Shown: positions 37,894-51,832, counted from the stretch's first letter. The stretch is 64,000 bases of DNA from Acidobacteriota bacterium (GCA_965209055.1 OZ242374.1:1408001-1472000); one strand, 5' to 3'. The notes: generated by a model from the letters alone, not told the origin. Numbers and translations: made by a program.

Positions 37894-38803
37894 CGTACAC
37901 CTCGCCGTGGTTCCTCCGGACCAACACCAGACATCGTTCGATGCCTGCCAAATCTCTCCGCGTCTCCACGGCGCGCCAGTTCCGGCGCCGCGCCAAGCGG
38001 CACACCCGCGCCCGGGCGCCTGCATCGATCTCCAATACCAGAGGGCCCGCCGGCGTCATGACCGACGGACATCCCTTCAGCAACGTTTCGTACATCTCCA
38101 GACCGTCGGGACCCGCAAAGACGGCGGCTCCGGGCTCATACGCGGCCACAGACCGGTCGACCCGGTCCCGGTCGGCTGTTGGGACATAGGGGGGATTCGA
38201 TACCACAAGATCCCAGCGGGTGGCCCGCCCCTCCAAAGGCGTCAGGTTTCGCCCCTCCAAAAACTCGATCCGGGATTCGCAACCGTAGCGCACCGCGTTC
38301 CGCCTGGCCACCGCCAGCGCGCGGCGTGAAATATCCGTGGCCGTTACCCGGAGCCGCGGCCGTTCGGCGGCCAAGGTCACCGCAATGACCCCCGAACCCG
38401 TTCCCACGTCGAGCACTGCCGGGTTCGGCAGAGCCATGGCGTCGATCCGTTCCAGGCAGACATCCACCAACAACTCCGTTTCCGGCCGTGGGATCAGCAC
38501 GCCCGGTCCAACGGCGAAATCCCTTCCGTAAAACTCCTGATTCCCCAACAAATACTGGATCGGATAGTGCCCCGCCCGCTTCTGGAGCCAGCTCGTCCAT
38601 CTCCTGGCCTGGGCCGGGTCCAAGTGCAGTTCGGGGTGCGCCAGCAGGTACGCACGGGAGCGCCCCAGAAGGGAACCCAGCATCAACTCCGCATCCAGGC
38701 GGGGACTGCGGATGCGTTTCCGCTTGAGGCACGAGGTTCCCTGCCGAACCGCGTCCCCCACCGTCAACTCCGTCGGAATCCTGTCCAGGTGCGTGTCAGG
38801 CAA
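37886..38803 (-). CDS. prmC: Release factor glutamine methyltransferase PrmC
   Basis: LIPRPETE, DVGTGSG and SNPPY; follows prfA. Confidence 0.95.
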   Translation of the reverse strand: MPDTHLDRIPTELTVGDAVRQGTSCLKRKRIRSPRLDAELMLGSLLGRSRAYLLAHPELHLDPAQARRWTSWLQKRAGHYPIQYLLGNQEFYGRDFAVGPGVLIPRPETELLVDVCLERIDAMALPNPAVLDVGTGSGVIAVTLAAERPRLRVTATDISRRALAVARRNAVRYGCESRIEFLEGRNLTPLEGRATRWDLVVSNPPYVPTADRDRVDRSVAAYEPGAAVFAGPDGLEMYETLLKGCPSVMTPAGPLVLEIDAGARARVCRLARRRNWRAVETRRDLAGIERCLVLVRRNHGEVYDE

Positions 38804-39869
38804 TTTTCTGTGCTTTCAGCGCTTCAGCCTGATCGAAAGCGGTCAGGCGATCGAGGATGCCGTCAAGCGCGCCCCCCAGAACGGCCTCCAGCCGGTGCAG
38901 TGTGACGCCGATCCTGTGGTCGGTGATGCGGTTCTGGGGAAAGTTGTAGGTCCGGATCTTCTCGCTGCGGTCTCCGCTGCCGACCAAGGCGCGGCGAGTG
39001 GCCGCCATCTCGTCGTGACGGTCCCGGAGAGCCCGCTCGTACAACCGCGACCTCAACACCTTGAGCGCCTTGTTCTTGTTCTTGAGCTGCGACTTCTCGT
39101 CCTGGCAGGTCACGACCTCCCCGGTGGGAATGTGCGTGACACGGACCGCCGAGTAGGTCGTATTCACCGACTGGCCACCGGGACCGGAGGAGCAGTAGGT
39201 GTCCCACCGAAGGTCCTTGGGCTGGATCTTGATATCGACGTCATCCGCTTCCGGCAAGACCGCGACCGTTACGGCGGAAGTGTGAACCCTTCCCTGGGTC
39301 TCGGTTTGGGGCACGCGTTGGACGCGGTGCACGCCGCTTTCAAACTTGAGACGTCCGTAAACCTGCTTGCCTTCGATGGTGGCGCTCACCTCCTTCAGTC
39401 CGCCCGCATCGGTGCCATGAGCGGAGATGATGTCCACCCTCCACCCGTGCGACTCGGCATACCTGACGTACATGCGGAAAACTTCCTGGGCGAACAGGCT
39501 GGCTTCGACCCCCCCCGTGCCGGCGCGGATCTCCAGGATCGCGTTCTTTTCGTCGTTGGGGTCGCGCGGCAGAAGCAGGATGCGCAACTCCCCTTCCTGC
39601 TCGGCGAGGCGGACCTCGAGCAACGTCAACTCAGCTTTCGCCAACTCCGCCAATTCAACATCCGTCTCGGCCCCGGCCATCTCCTCGAGATCCTTTGCCT
39701 CGTGGAGGGCGCGCCGGTACGACCGGTATTTTTCGACCAGTGGACGCAACTCCGCATAGGTTCTTGCGGCCTCCCGGTAACGATCCCGGGAGGCAACGAC
39801 CTGGGGATCTCCCAATTGCCGGGAAATCTGCTCGTAGTCTGCCTCCAGGGCGCGCAGTTTCTCTAACAT
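38796..39869 (-). CDS. prfA: Peptide chain release factor 1
   Basis: PQT (PxT) motif, GGQ and KIRTYNFPQNR; start at ATG 39869. Confidence 0.96.
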   Translation of the reverse strand: MLEKLRALEADYEQISRQLGDPQVVASRDRYREAARTYAELRPLVEKYRSYRRALHEAKDLEEMAGAETDVELAELAKAELTLLEVRLAEQEGELRILLLPRDPNDEKNAILEIRAGTGGVEASLFAQEVFRMYVRYAESHGWRVDIISAHGTDAGGLKEVSATIEGKQVYGRLKFESGVHRVQRVPQTETQGRVHTSAVTVAVLPEADDVDIKIQPKDLRWDTYCSSGPGGQSVNTTYSAVRVTHIPTGEVVTCQDEKSQLKNKNKALKVLRSRLYERALRDRHDEMAATRRALVGSGDRSEKIRTYNFPQNRITDHRIGVTLHRLEAVLGGALDGILDRLTAFDQAEALKAQKIA

Positions 39870-39997
39870 GGCGGGGGCTTGGGGAGACTCGGCTCCCCGA
39901 CTCCGGTTTGGGGTTCCAGGGTCCCGCGGCGAGAGTCGCCGCGGCATTCGGGCGCAACACCGGCGCCAGTGCGACGCTAAACCGTCACCGCAGCCTC

Positions 39998-40204
39998 CTA
40001 TTTGATGAGGCCGTACTTCCTCTGGAACCGCTCGACGCGGCCTGCGATGTCTATCAGCTTCTGCTTACCGGTGAAAAAGGGATGGCAACTGGAACAGATA
40101 TCGAGGCGCAATTGGCCCTTGTGGGTGGATCGGGTTTCCCACCCCGCGCCGCACGCACAGCGCACCGTGACGACGTCGTATTCGGGATGGATGCCTGCTT
40201 TCAT
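39998..40204 (-). CDS. rpmE: 50S ribosomal protein L31 (Zn-binding form)
   Basis: [23 protein letters not shown] and GRVERF. Confidence 0.96.
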   Translation of the reverse strand: MKAGIHPEYDVVTVRCACGAGWETRSTHKGQLRLDICSSCHPFFTGKQKLIDIAGRVERFQRKYGLIK

Positions 40205-40519
40205 CTCTGACCGCTCCCCTTTCTCACTCGCCTCGCATGCAGCCGCCGCGAAGTTTAGCAAATCGGCCCCGCCCAGTCGAGCCGGCCAGCCCGGGGGCTC
40301 GTTTCTTCCGCCTCGAGCGTCCGGACCGCGGCTCTTGACAATCCAGGCGGACCGACGCTAAATGAACAGCTTCGCGCGCTGCGCCGGTTGCGGAAGGCGA
40401 CCGGAATATCCTATTCTGATTGCTCCCTCCTTGAATGAGTATGTCGGCCGGTGAGGACAGGGGGGAGTTTGCAGTCCGCCAGGGTAGATCGCGCCGGCCA
40501 GCAGGGAGGAACTTAGCGG

Positions 40520-42304
40520 ATGGCTCCAACTGGAACCGACAAAGAGCTTGAAAGCCTGATTGCTGCGGGGCTTTCCAACGTCGCGCTCCCCACCATCGAG
40601 ATCGCCGACGACCTTGATCGCGATGCGCTGGTCGAAGCGTACGATACAAGTTTCAAGAACCTCTCCGAGGGCGAGGTGATCCCCGGAACGGTCATCGAGG
40701 TCTCCGATTCCCATGTTCTCGTGGATATTGGATTCAAGTCCGAAGGCCTGGTCCCCATCGGCGAGTTCCGTGAGCGGGGCGGCGTGGTCAACGTCAAGGC
40801 CGGCGACACGGTCGACGTTCTGATGGAGAATTCGGAGACGTTGGACGGCGGCGTGATTCTCTCTCGCGAGAAGGCCGAGAGAATGAAGATCTGGGACAGC
40901 ATCGAGCGCGCCTACCAGGAACAGGCGGTGATCCCGGGGCGCGTCATCGAGCGGGTGAAGGGGGGGCTCTCGGTCGATATCGGGGTTCGCGCCTTCCTGC
41001 CGGGCTCCCAGGTCGACATGCATCCGGTTCGGAACCTGGACAGCTTGCGCGACCAGGAACTCCAGCTCCGGGTGATCAAGGTAAACAAGCGCCGCGGCAA
41101 CATTGTGCTGTCGCGAAAGGCCGTCCTGGAGGAAGAATACTTCAAGCGGAAGGAGGAAACCCTCCGCAGCCTCGAGGAGGGGAAGGTCACCCCGGGAGTC
41201 GTAAAGAACATCACCGACTACGGCGCCTTTGTCGACTTGGGCGGCATCGACGGCCTGCTTCACATCACCGACATGTCTTGGGGGCGGGTCAACCACCCTT
41301 CCGACCTCTTCAAGGTCGGAGACAAGATCGACGTCAAGGTTCTCAAGTTCGACCGAATCGACGAGAAGGTCTCCCTGGGATACAAGCAGCTCACCACCGA
41401 TCCCTGGTACACCGTGGCCCAAAGGTACCCGCGCGGGTCCCGCGTCCCTTCGGTGGTGGTCAGCATCACCGACTACGGCGCCTTCGTCGAATTGGAGGAG
41501 GGTGTCGAGGGACTCATTCACATTTCCGAAATGACCTGGAACCGCCGGATCAAGCATCCTTCCAAGATCCTTTCCGTCGGCGACCAGGTCCAGGCTGTCG
41601 TCCTCGACGTCGACGCCAAGGCCCGCCGCATCTCCATGGGGATGAAACAGACCGAACCGAATCCCTGGGATTCGGTCGAGGAGCGCTACGCGATCAATTC
41701 CGTGGTCAACGGCACCGTCCGGAATCTGACCGATTTCGGCGCCTTCGTCGAGGTGGAGGAGGGAATCGAGGGATTGGTCCATATCTCCGACCTGAGTTGG
41801 ACGAAAAAAATCAAGCATCCGTCGGAGGTTCTCAAGAAAGGGGACGACGTCACCGCGGTGGTGCTGAGTGTCGACGGCGAAAGCCAACGCCTGTCGCTCG
41901 GGATCAAGCAGCTGGGACCCGACAAGTGGGAGGATTTTTTCTCGCGGCATCAAGTTGGGGATCGCGTCCCGGGCAAGGTGGTGCGACTGACCTCGTTTGG
42001 CGCCTTCGTGGAGCTGGACGAGGGCGTCGAAGGGCTCTGCCACATCTCCGAGTTGTCCGAAGAGCGGGTCGAGGACCCCACATCCCACGTCTCGGTGGGC
42101 CAGGAACTCGATTTCGAGATCATAAAGCTCAATCTCCTCGAGCGGAAAATCGGGCTTTCACTGAAGGCCCTGGTTGAGCGGGACCACCGGGAAACCTGGT
42201 CCTACCGGCCGGAGGTGGGCAAGACCTCCATCGGCGAACTGGCGGGCAGCCAACTGGGTGGCCTCAAGCAGCGGGCCATCGACGCAGCGAGAACAAAAAA
42301 ATGA
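40520..42304 (+). CDS. rpsA: 30S ribosomal protein S1
   Basis: Six S1 repeats (KSEG, AFLPGSQ, DYGAFV and GLxHISE/D). Confidence 0.96.
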   Translation: MAPTGTDKELESLIAAGLSNVALPTIEIADDLDRDALVEAYDTSFKNLSEGEVIPGTVIEVSDSHVLVDIGFKSEGLVPIGEFRERGGVVNVKAGDTVDVLMENSETLDGGVILSREKAERMKIWDSIERAYQEQAVIPGRVIERVKGGLSVDIGVRAFLPGSQVDMHPVRNLDSLRDQELQLRVIKVNKRRGNIVLSRKAVLEEEYFKRKEETLRSLEEGKVTPGVVKNITDYGAFVDLGGIDGLLHITDMSWGRVNHPSDLFKVGDKIDVKVLKFDRIDEKVSLGYKQLTTDPWYTVAQRYPRGSRVPSVVVSITDYGAFVELEEGVEGLIHISEMTWNRRIKHPSKILSVGDQVQAVVLDVDAKARRISMGMKQTEPNPWDSVEERYAINSVVNGTVRNLTDFGAFVEVEEGIEGLVHISDLSWTKKIKHPSEVLKKGDDVTAVVLSVDGESQRLSLGIKQLGPDKWEDFFSRHQVGDRVPGKVVRLTSFGAFVELDEGVEGLCHISELSEERVEDPTSHVSVGQELDFEIIKLNLLERKIGLSLKALVERDHRETWSYRPEVGKTSIGELAGSQLGGLKQRAIDAARTKK

Positions 42305-42576
42305 CTAAAGCCGAACTGGTTGAGCGGGTCGCCGGCGGCTCCAGCCTCACCAGAAAGGAAGCCGAGGTGGTCGTCCAGGCCGTCCTGGACAGCATCGTCC
42401 ATTCTCTCAAGAGCGGCTCCAAAGTCGAATTGAGAGGCTTTGGAAGCTTTCGGCTCCGCAACCGCGCGGCCCGCATCGGACGCAACCCCAAGACCGGCGC
42501 CAAGGTCCACGTTCCCGCCAAGCGGGTTCCCTATTTCAAACCGGGCAAGGACCTGAAAGAGCTGATCAACTCCTGA
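42301..42576 (+). CDS. ihfB: Integration host factor beta / HU-family DNA-binding protein
   Basis: MTKAEL, VELRGFGSF, GRNPKTG and FKPGK; follows rpsA. Confidence 0.85.
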   Translation: MTKAELVERVAGGSSLTRKEAEVVVQAVLDSIVHSLKSGSKVELRGFGSFRLRNRAARIGRNPKTGAKVHVPAKRVPYFKPGKDLKELINS

Positions 42577-42670
42577 ACGGCGGTGGCGCCCCCAAGTCGC
42601 CGCCCCAGCCCCCGAATGCGACCGACTCCTCGCCGGCCCGGCGCCGGCGAGGAGTGGAACCAGCGACCTG

Positions 42671-42702
42671 AAAAACACCCAAAACGTCAAAAAAACACCC
42701 AA
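42671..42702. repeat. 12-bp direct repeat with phased A-tracts upstream of dnaA
   Basis: AAAAACACCCAA at 42671-42682 and 42691-42702 (20-bp period). Confidence 0.6.
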
Positions 42703-43024
42703 GGGCTGCCGCTGGGGCCGCCCAAGCGGGCCCATCATTTACGCAATCTTCACAAAACCCTTGCGAGAATTGGAGAAAGGGCCCTCCCTGTCACACAACC
42801 TGACTGAACGGCTCGTTTTTGTTCTTCAAATGAAAGGAAATAAAGGATTTTCCGGGATTCGACCAAGCGTCTCCCGCGACCGCGAAAGAAACTTCTTTCG
42901 CCATCGAGACAGGCTATGCTACTTTCTTTTCGGACCGAGACCGAAAATGACCACGGGCCGTGCATCGACCGGCCCGTTCTTTCATTACAAAGTCAACCAG
43001 GGGCTCGGGAGGAGAGAGCCGGCC

Positions 43025-44350
43025 TTGGATTTGTGGCACGACATCGTCGCTTCGCTGGAAGCTGCGGGGCAGATTTCACCCGAGAATATGGCCGTCTATT
43101 TCCAGGCCACATCCCAAGTTCGCTACGAACAAGACTCACGGCGACTCGTGGTGCGGGTTCCCAACAACCGCTTCAGCAGGTGGATCTCCCACCAATATGG
43201 AGACCTGCTGCAAACCAAGATGGGAGAGATGGGGTTTCCGAATGGGGAAATCGTTTTCCATGCGGATCTGGACGAGCCGCAATCGGACCTGATCTCGTCA
43301 CCCCGCCTGTCGGGCTCGTACGTCGGCGCCGCCGAGTGCGACCTGAATCAACGTTACACGTTCGCCAATTTCGTTGTCGGGTCGAGCAACCAATTCGCGC
43401 ACGCCACCGCGCTGGCAGTCGCGGAACGCCCATCCAGAAGTTACAACCCCCTGTTCCTCTACGGTGGCGTCGGCTTGGGCAAGACCCACCTCATGCACGC
43501 GATCGGACACTCGATCATGATCGAGCATCCCAACGTCAATCTCGCCTACGTTTCCTCGGAACGCTTCACCAACGACCTGGTCACCTCCATCCGCTACGGC
43601 CGGACCGCGGATTTTCGAGAGAAGTACCGGAACATCGACGTGCTGCTGATGGACGACGTCCAGTTCCTCGCCGGCAAGCCAAAGACCCAAGACGAATTCT
43701 TCCACACCTTCAACAGCCTGTACGACGCCCAAAAGCAAATCGTCATCTCCAGCGATTCTCCTCCGCAGGAAATCCCGACTCTCGAGGAGCGTCTCCACAG
43801 CCGCTTCCAGTGGGGCCTGATTGCAGACATCCAGGCCCCCGACCTGGAGACCAAAGTGGCCATTCTGCGGAAGAAAGCCGCACTGCAACGGGTGGAACTC
43901 CCGGACGACGTTGCGTTCTTCATCTCCAGCAACACCAAGTCGAACATCCGCCAACTGGAAGGCTCGCTCATTCGCCTCATCGCCTACAGCAGTCTGATCG
44001 GCGAGGAGATCAGCCTCGACCTGGCTCAATCCACCCTCAAGGACCTCACGGCGTCCGCGCAACGGGAGATCACCATCGGAGAGATTCAACGAGTTGTCGC
44101 CCGACACTACTCCCTGACCGTGTCCCAACTCATCAGCCGCAGCAACTCGCCGCGATTCGTGGTTCCGAGGCAGATCGCCATGTACCTCTGCAAAAAGTTG
44201 ACCCGGGCCTCACTCCCTCAGACCGGCCGCGCTTTCGGCAAAAGGCATCACACAACCGTGCTTCACGCGATCCGGAAGATCTCCGGACTCATCGAGGAAG
44301 ATCCGCCGCTGCATTCCACCGTCAACAAGCTGACCGACGAAGTTTCATGA
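43025..44350 (+). CDS. dnaA: Chromosomal replication initiator DnaA
   Basis: YTFANFVVG, YNPLFLYGGVGLGKTHL, DDVQF and HHTTVLHA. TTG start at 43025 after GGAGG. Confidence 0.96.
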   Translation: MDLWHDIVASLEAAGQISPENMAVYFQATSQVRYEQDSRRLVVRVPNNRFSRWISHQYGDLLQTKMGEMGFPNGEIVFHADLDEPQSDLISSPRLSGSYVGAAECDLNQRYTFANFVVGSSNQFAHATALAVAERPSRSYNPLFLYGGVGLGKTHLMHAIGHSIMIEHPNVNLAYVSSERFTNDLVTSIRYGRTADFREKYRNIDVLLMDDVQFLAGKPKTQDEFFHTFNSLYDAQKQIVISSDSPPQEIPTLEERLHSRFQWGLIADIQAPDLETKVAILRKKAALQRVELPDDVAFFISSNTKSNIRQLEGSLIRLIAYSSLIGEEISLDLAQSTLKDLTASAQREITIGEIQRVVARHYSLTVSQLISRSNSPRFVVPRQIAMYLCKKLTRASLPQTGRAFGKRHHTTVLHAIRKISGLIEEDPPLHSTVNKLTDEVS

Positions 44351-44578
44351 CGTTTTCCCGCTTTTCCACTGGTGGTAGAATGTCAGGGCTGTGGAAAAGG
44401 TCGAGCGGACGCTCTCCGGGTCGTTTTCAACGTCGTTTCAAGAGTTGAATTCACAATTGACGAGTGGCTCCATCCCCTTGGGAATAAAAGCGTTTTCCTA
44501 CTCATCCACAGATTCGTCGATTTCTGGGGCGACGATTCCATATAAAATCATTCTTGTCATCCGGAGTCGAAGAACACC
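44351..44578. other. Probable oriC (dnaA-dnaN intergenic region)
   Basis: DnaA-box-like 9-mers TTTTCCACT (44362), TGTGGAAAA (44390), TGGGAATAA (44479) and TCATCCACA (44502); AT-rich CATATAAAATCATTCTT near 44540. By eye the + strand shifts from C-rich to G-rich here. Confidence 0.7.
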
Positions 44579-45718
44579 ATGGACATAACTTTGAAACGGA
44601 ACCTGTTGTTCCCCGAGGTCCAACACCTCCAGACCATTGTCGAGAGAAAAACGACAGTGCCGATTCTTGGCCATGTTCTTCTTGAAACTATCGGGAACAA
44701 CATTCTCCTCACGGCCACCGACCTGGATGTTTCTTTACGCTGTCGCTGCGAAGCGCAGGTGCGGGTGGGCGGCGCACTGACCATTTCAGCGAGGAAACTC
44801 TTCGAGATCGTCCGCCTCGCCCCTCAAGATTCCGCTATCCACATCAAGTCCATCGGCGAAGGGGACTGGGTCGAGATCGGCTATGGCCGGTCCCGCTTCA
44901 AGGTGGCGGCCCTGGGGAAGGGAAACTTTCCCGAGATCGGGGAGGCGGAAGGCCAGGACATTCGCATGGACGCGGCTATGGTTCGCCATATGATCGGGAG
45001 CTGCGTCTTCGCCGTCACCCAGGAGGAAAGCCGGTATACTCTGGGGGGGGCGCTGGCCGTGATCACCCCTTCCAATCTGTCCCTGGTCACCACGGATGGG
45101 CACCGTCTCGTCATTGTCCGGCGGACAGTCGATCTGAACCTCGACCGGGAGGAGCTTCGAGTCCTGATTCCCAAGAAAGCACTGGTCGAACTGATGAAGT
45201 TGCTCAGTGAAACTGGCGGGGACATCGAGTTCAGAAGTGGAGAGAGGCGCATCTCGTTCGGCATGGGCCGGCGGCTCTTGATCTCCCGCATCCTCAGCGG
45301 CGAGTTTCCCAACTACAAGATGGTCATACCGCAAGGAAACGACCTGGACGCGGATTTGGACACCTCCAGTTTCACGGCGGCGTTGAGGCGCGTCGCGGTG
45401 GTGGCGGATCGGGAGACGCGGGCTGTCGAACTGAGCCTCAACGAGGGACAGGTCAAACTTGCGTGCCAGAATGCAAATGGGGAGCGGGCCGCCGAAGCAA
45501 TGGAGACCAGCTACGAGGGGACACCGGTCGTGATCGGTTTCAACGTGGACTACCTGTTGGACTTCGTCAACGTGGTCGATAGCGAACAGGTGCGCATCTC
45601 GCTCAAGGACTCGGATACTCAGGGTCTGCTCCAGCCCGTCGGTATGCCCGCTGCCGACGAATCCGACTCGGCCGACGAATACAAGATCCAATATGTCGTC
45701 ATGCCGCTGAGCCTCTGA
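44579..45718 (+). CDS. dnaN: DNA polymerase III beta clamp
   Basis: KTTVPIL, ATDLD, TDGHRL, GEFPNY, GFNVDYLLD and YVVMPL. Confidence 0.96.
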   Translation: MDITLKRNLLFPEVQHLQTIVERKTTVPILGHVLLETIGNNILLTATDLDVSLRCRCEAQVRVGGALTISARKLFEIVRLAPQDSAIHIKSIGEGDWVEIGYGRSRFKVAALGKGNFPEIGEAEGQDIRMDAAMVRHMIGSCVFAVTQEESRYTLGGALAVITPSNLSLVTTDGHRLVIVRRTVDLNLDREELRVLIPKKALVELMKLLSETGGDIEFRSGERRISFGMGRRLLISRILSGEFPNYKMVIPQGNDLDADLDTSSFTAALRRVAVVADRETRAVELSLNEGQVKLACQNANGERAAEAMETSYEGTPVVIGFNVDYLLDFVNVVDSEQVRISLKDSDTQGLLQPVGMPAADESDSADEYKIQYVVMPLSL

Positions 45719-48349
<2,631 letters not shown>

Positions 48350-48486
48350 GCGCTTGCGGTGGGGGCCGGCGCGCCGGAGCCTCAGCGTTGCCGCCGTGAC
48401 CTGCGCGCCGTGACCTTCCCCAATCGGACACTGCCTCGTCCGCGCATCGTAATCTTTCGAGTGTCTGTGATCGGAGGAACGAATCG

Positions 48487-50946
48487 ATGAGAGAGTACCA
48501 GGGCCGGGAGATTCCGGTCACCATCGAAGCGGAGATGAAGACCTCCTACCTGGACTACGCCATGTCGGTCATCGTCGGCCGGGCCCTGCCGGATGTCCGG
48601 GACGGCTTGAAGCCGGTCCACCGGCGCATCCTCTACGCCATGAGCGAGTTGAAGAACACGAGGAACCGCCCGCACAAGAAGTCGGCGCGGGTTGTTGGCG
48701 AGGTCATCGGAAAGTTCCATCCCCATGGCGATGCGGCCGTTTACGACGCCCTGGTCCGGATGGCGCAGGACTTCTCCATGCGGGAGATGCTGATCGACGG
48801 GCAGGGAAACTTCGGGTCCATCGACGGGGACTCTCCGGCAGCCATGCGGTACACCGAGGTCCGGATGGCGCAGATCGCCGGGGAGATCCTGGCGGACATC
48901 GAGAAGGAGACGGTCGATTTCCAGGCCAACTACGACGAGTCGTTGGAGGAGCCTGAGGTGCTGCCGGCCCGTTATCCCAACCTCCTGGTCAACGGCGCGT
49001 CCGGGATTGCCGTGGGAATGGCAACCAATGTTCCTCCTCACAACCTTGCCGAGGTCATCGATGGACTGTTGCTTCTGCTCGACCGCCCGGAAGCGAGCCT
49101 CGCGGAGCTCATGGAGCTGATCCCCGGCCCGGACTTTCCGACCGCGGGAATCATCTCCGGCCGCAATGCCATCCTGAGGGCGTATGCCACGGGCCGCGGC
49201 ATCATCCAGTTGCGGGCCAAGGCCGCCATCGAAAAGGTGGGAAAAGACAAGGAGGCCATCATCGTCGATGAGCTTCCCTATCAGGTCAACAAGGCGAAGC
49301 TCATCGAGACGATTGCCGCGTTGGTGCGAAGCAAGAAGGTCGAGGGGATCAGTGATCTGAGAGACGAGTCTGATCGAGACGGGATGCGGGTCGTCATCGA
49401 GCTCAAGCGGGGGGAGCAACCGCAGGTCGTTCTGAACCAGCTATACAAATTGACGCCGATGCAGAGTTCGTTCGGCATCATCCTGCTGGCTTTGGCGGGA
49501 GGGCGCCCCCAAGTGTTCACCCTCAAGGAAACTTTGAACCACTTCCTGTCCCATCGCAGGATCGTGGTGCGGCGGCGGACGCAGTTCGACCTGAGAAAAG
49601 CCGAAAAACGGGCGCACATCCTGGAGGGCCTCGCCAAGGCCCTGGACCACCTGGACCTGGTGATCGCGCTGATCCGGGGCTCAAGGACTCCGGCTGAGGC
49701 CAGGACGCAATTGATGGAGCGCTTCGAATTCACCGAAATCCAGGCCCAGGCCATTCTTGACATGCGGCTACAGCGGCTCACGGGCCTGGAGCGGGACAAG
49801 ATCCTGGAGGAGCTGGAACAGATTCGGCGCCGCATCGCGCAACTGAAGAAGATCCTCACCCACGAGGCCGAACTCCGGCGGGTGATCCGAGGCGAACTGA
49901 TGGAAATTCAGGACACGTACCACTCGCCGCGCCGCACCGTGATTCTGGACGAGGCCATCGACCTGACGGTGGAAGACCTCATCGCCGAGGAGCAGGTCGT
50001 CATCACGGCAACGCATGGCGGCTACATCAAGCGGACGGCGCTGCACATCTATCGCAGCCAGCATCGCGGCGGCAAAGGCCGCATCGGCATGTCGGTGCGG
50101 ACGGCCGACGATGTGGTCGACTATCTTTTCGTCGCCTCCACGCACAGTTACATCCTCATCTTCACGAACCAGGGGCGGGTCTACTGGTTGAAGGTGTATG
50201 AGATTCCCGACGTGGGGGCCGCCGGCAAGGGGAAGCCGATCGTCAACCTGGTCAAGTTGGAGCGGGGCGAGAAGGTGGCGGACATGATCGCCGTACAGGA
50301 CTTCAAGACTCCGGGATTCATCGTCATGGCGTCGCGGCGGGGACGAGTGAAGAAGACGGCGCTGGCGGCGTACTCCCACCCGCGGGCGAAAGGAATCATC
50401 GCCTGTTCTCTGGAGCGGGGGGACGAACTGATCGTGGTGAGCCGGACCAGCGGCCAGGACGACATTCTTCTTTGCACGGAACAGGGGAAGGCCGCGCGGT
50501 TCTCGGAACACCAGGTTCGGGAGATGGGGCGTGTCGCGCAAGGCGTGTGGGGCATACGCCTCAAGCCGGGGGACTCGGTGGTGAGCATGGGCGTTATTCG
50601 GGAAGGCCACGAGAGCATCCTGGCGGTCACTGAACATGGTTTTGGAAAACGCACGCCCGTCGTCGAATATGCAACGAAGGGGCGCGCGGGGCAGGGTGTG
50701 ATCAACATCAAGACCACCGCTCGCAACGGCAAGGTCGTGGGAACCTTTCCTGTCGGGCCGGGGGCCGAGTTGATCATTATCACTGGAAAAGGGAAGATCA
50801 TTCGCTTGGGGGCCGATACTATTCGGATGACGGGTCGCAACGCTCTGGGCGTGACGCTGATGGAGTTGGGGGATGGGGACACGGTGGCGGGCGTGAGCCT
50901 GGTGGCCGCCGGGACCGACAGCTTGGAACCAGGGGCCGCCGAATGA
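48487..50946 (+). CDS. gyrA: DNA gyrase subunit A
   Basis: [28 protein letters not shown] and GyrA-box QHRGGKG. Confidence 0.97.
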   Translation: MREYQGREIPVTIEAEMKTSYLDYAMSVIVGRALPDVRDGLKPVHRRILYAMSELKNTRNRPHKKSARVVGEVIGKFHPHGDAAVYDALVRMAQDFSMREMLIDGQGNFGSIDGDSPAAMRYTEVRMAQIAGEILADIEKETVDFQANYDESLEEPEVLPARYPNLLVNGASGIAVGMATNVPPHNLAEVIDGLLLLLDRPEASLAELMELIPGPDFPTAGIISGRNAILRAYATGRGIIQLRAKAAIEKVGKDKEAIIVDELPYQVNKAKLIETIAALVRSKKVEGISDLRDESDRDGMRVVIELKRGEQPQVVLNQLYKLTPMQSSFGIILLALAGGRPQVFTLKETLNHFLSHRRIVVRRRTQFDLRKAEKRAHILEGLAKALDHLDLVIALIRGSRTPAEARTQLMERFEFTEIQAQAILDMRLQRLTGLERDKILEELEQIRRRIAQLKKILTHEAELRRVIRGELMEIQDTYHSPRRTVILDEAIDLTVEDLIAEEQVVITATHGGYIKRTALHIYRSQHRGGKGRIGMSVRTADDVVDYLFVASTHSYILIFTNQGRVYWLKVYEIPDVGAAGKGKPIVNLVKLERGEKVADMIAVQDFKTPGFIVMASRRGRVKKTALAAYSHPRAKGIIACSLERGDELIVVSRTSGQDDILLCTEQGKAARFSEHQVREMGRVAQGVWGIRLKPGDSVVSMGVIREGHESILAVTEHGFGKRTPVVEYATKGRAGQGVINIKTTARNGKVVGTFPVGPGAELIIITGKGKIIRLGADTIRMTGRNALGVTLMELGDGDTVAGVSLVAAGTDSLEPGAAE

Positions 50947-51734
50947 GAGCCGCCGCCCCCTGGCTGGTTCTCGTCGCGGTGGCTGCAATTCTGTTCCACT
51001 ACGGCCAAGATCGGGCGGGAGCGGAATTCGAGAGGGCGCGGGAAATGTGGCTCGCCGGCGAGTACCGGCCGGCGACCCGGGCCTACGAAAAAATCCGCCG
51101 CCAATACCCCGGCAGCCGGCATGCTGCGGAAGCCCTCTGGGAGATCGCCTCCATCTACTATTCCCATCACTACGACCTGACGGAGGCCCGCGAGCGCCTT
51201 GAGGAGTTGCTTTCCCTCTATCCCGCCAGCCCCCGTGTCAACGAGGCGCTTCTTCGCCTGGCGGAAATCCACGAAGCCGGCGAAGCCGACTTGGCCGCGG
51301 CCGTGAACTACTGGTCCCTGGCCCTGGACAGGCAACTGCCCGCCGAGGACCGAAGGGAGATCCTGTACAAGCGGGGCCGTGCGCTGTTGAAGCTGGAACA
51401 GCTTGACGAGTCGGAGCGCGACTTGCGCGCGGCGGCGGGTGACGAGGCGGACCACCTGTCCCAGCAGGCGCATGTCTGTCTCGGCACCATCGCCCAGATC
51501 AGGGGAGACCACCAGGAGGCGGTCCGTATCTTTGAGAAGACGCGGGAGCTGGGTCGCTGCGGCGAATGCCTGCTCCAGTGCGGGCTCAGCATGATCGAGA
51601 GTTTCGAATACACGGGCGAGCTGGACAAGGCGATCGAGATCGCCGGAGTCCTGGACAAGACGGGCTACTCGAAGGCCGTCGAGTTGATTGTCCGGCTTCG
51701 GCAGAAACGGGATTTCTACGCCGACAAGAAGTAG
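50943..51734 (+). CDS. Tetratricopeptide-repeat exported protein
   Basis: Hydrophobic N-terminus and helical repeats YPGS..A.EAL and YPASP...EAL; ATGA-coupled to gyrA. Confidence 0.8.
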   Translation: MRAAAPWLVLVAVAAILFHYGQDRAGAEFERAREMWLAGEYRPATRAYEKIRRQYPGSRHAAEALWEIASIYYSHHYDLTEARERLEELLSLYPASPRVNEALLRLAEIHEAGEADLAAAVNYWSLALDRQLPAEDRREILYKRGRALLKLEQLDESERDLRAAAGDEADHLSQQAHVCLGTIAQIRGDHQEAVRIFEKTRELGRCGECLLQCGLSMIESFEYTGELDKAIEIAGVLDKTGYSKAVELIVRLRQKRDFYADKK

Positions 51735-51776
51735 GCTTTCGCCGGACCCGCCCGCATTGCAGGGCGCCCGTCTCCG

Positions 51777-51806
51777 TTGACACGAGGGCCGAACCGGGAC
51801 TATATT
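51777..51806 (+). promoter_or_regulatory. Sigma70 promoter of rpsU
   Basis: TTGACA (51777-51782), 18-nt spacer, TATATT (51801-51806). Confidence 0.7.
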
Positions 51807-51832
51807 GGCGCCTCCGGGAAAGGTGGAACGAA

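Noticed and set aside
40380-40519. Riboswitch or ncRNA in the rpsA leader
   Set aside because: Hairpins are possible (CCGGTTGC/GCGACCGG) but match no family I recognise and are expected in GC-rich DNA.
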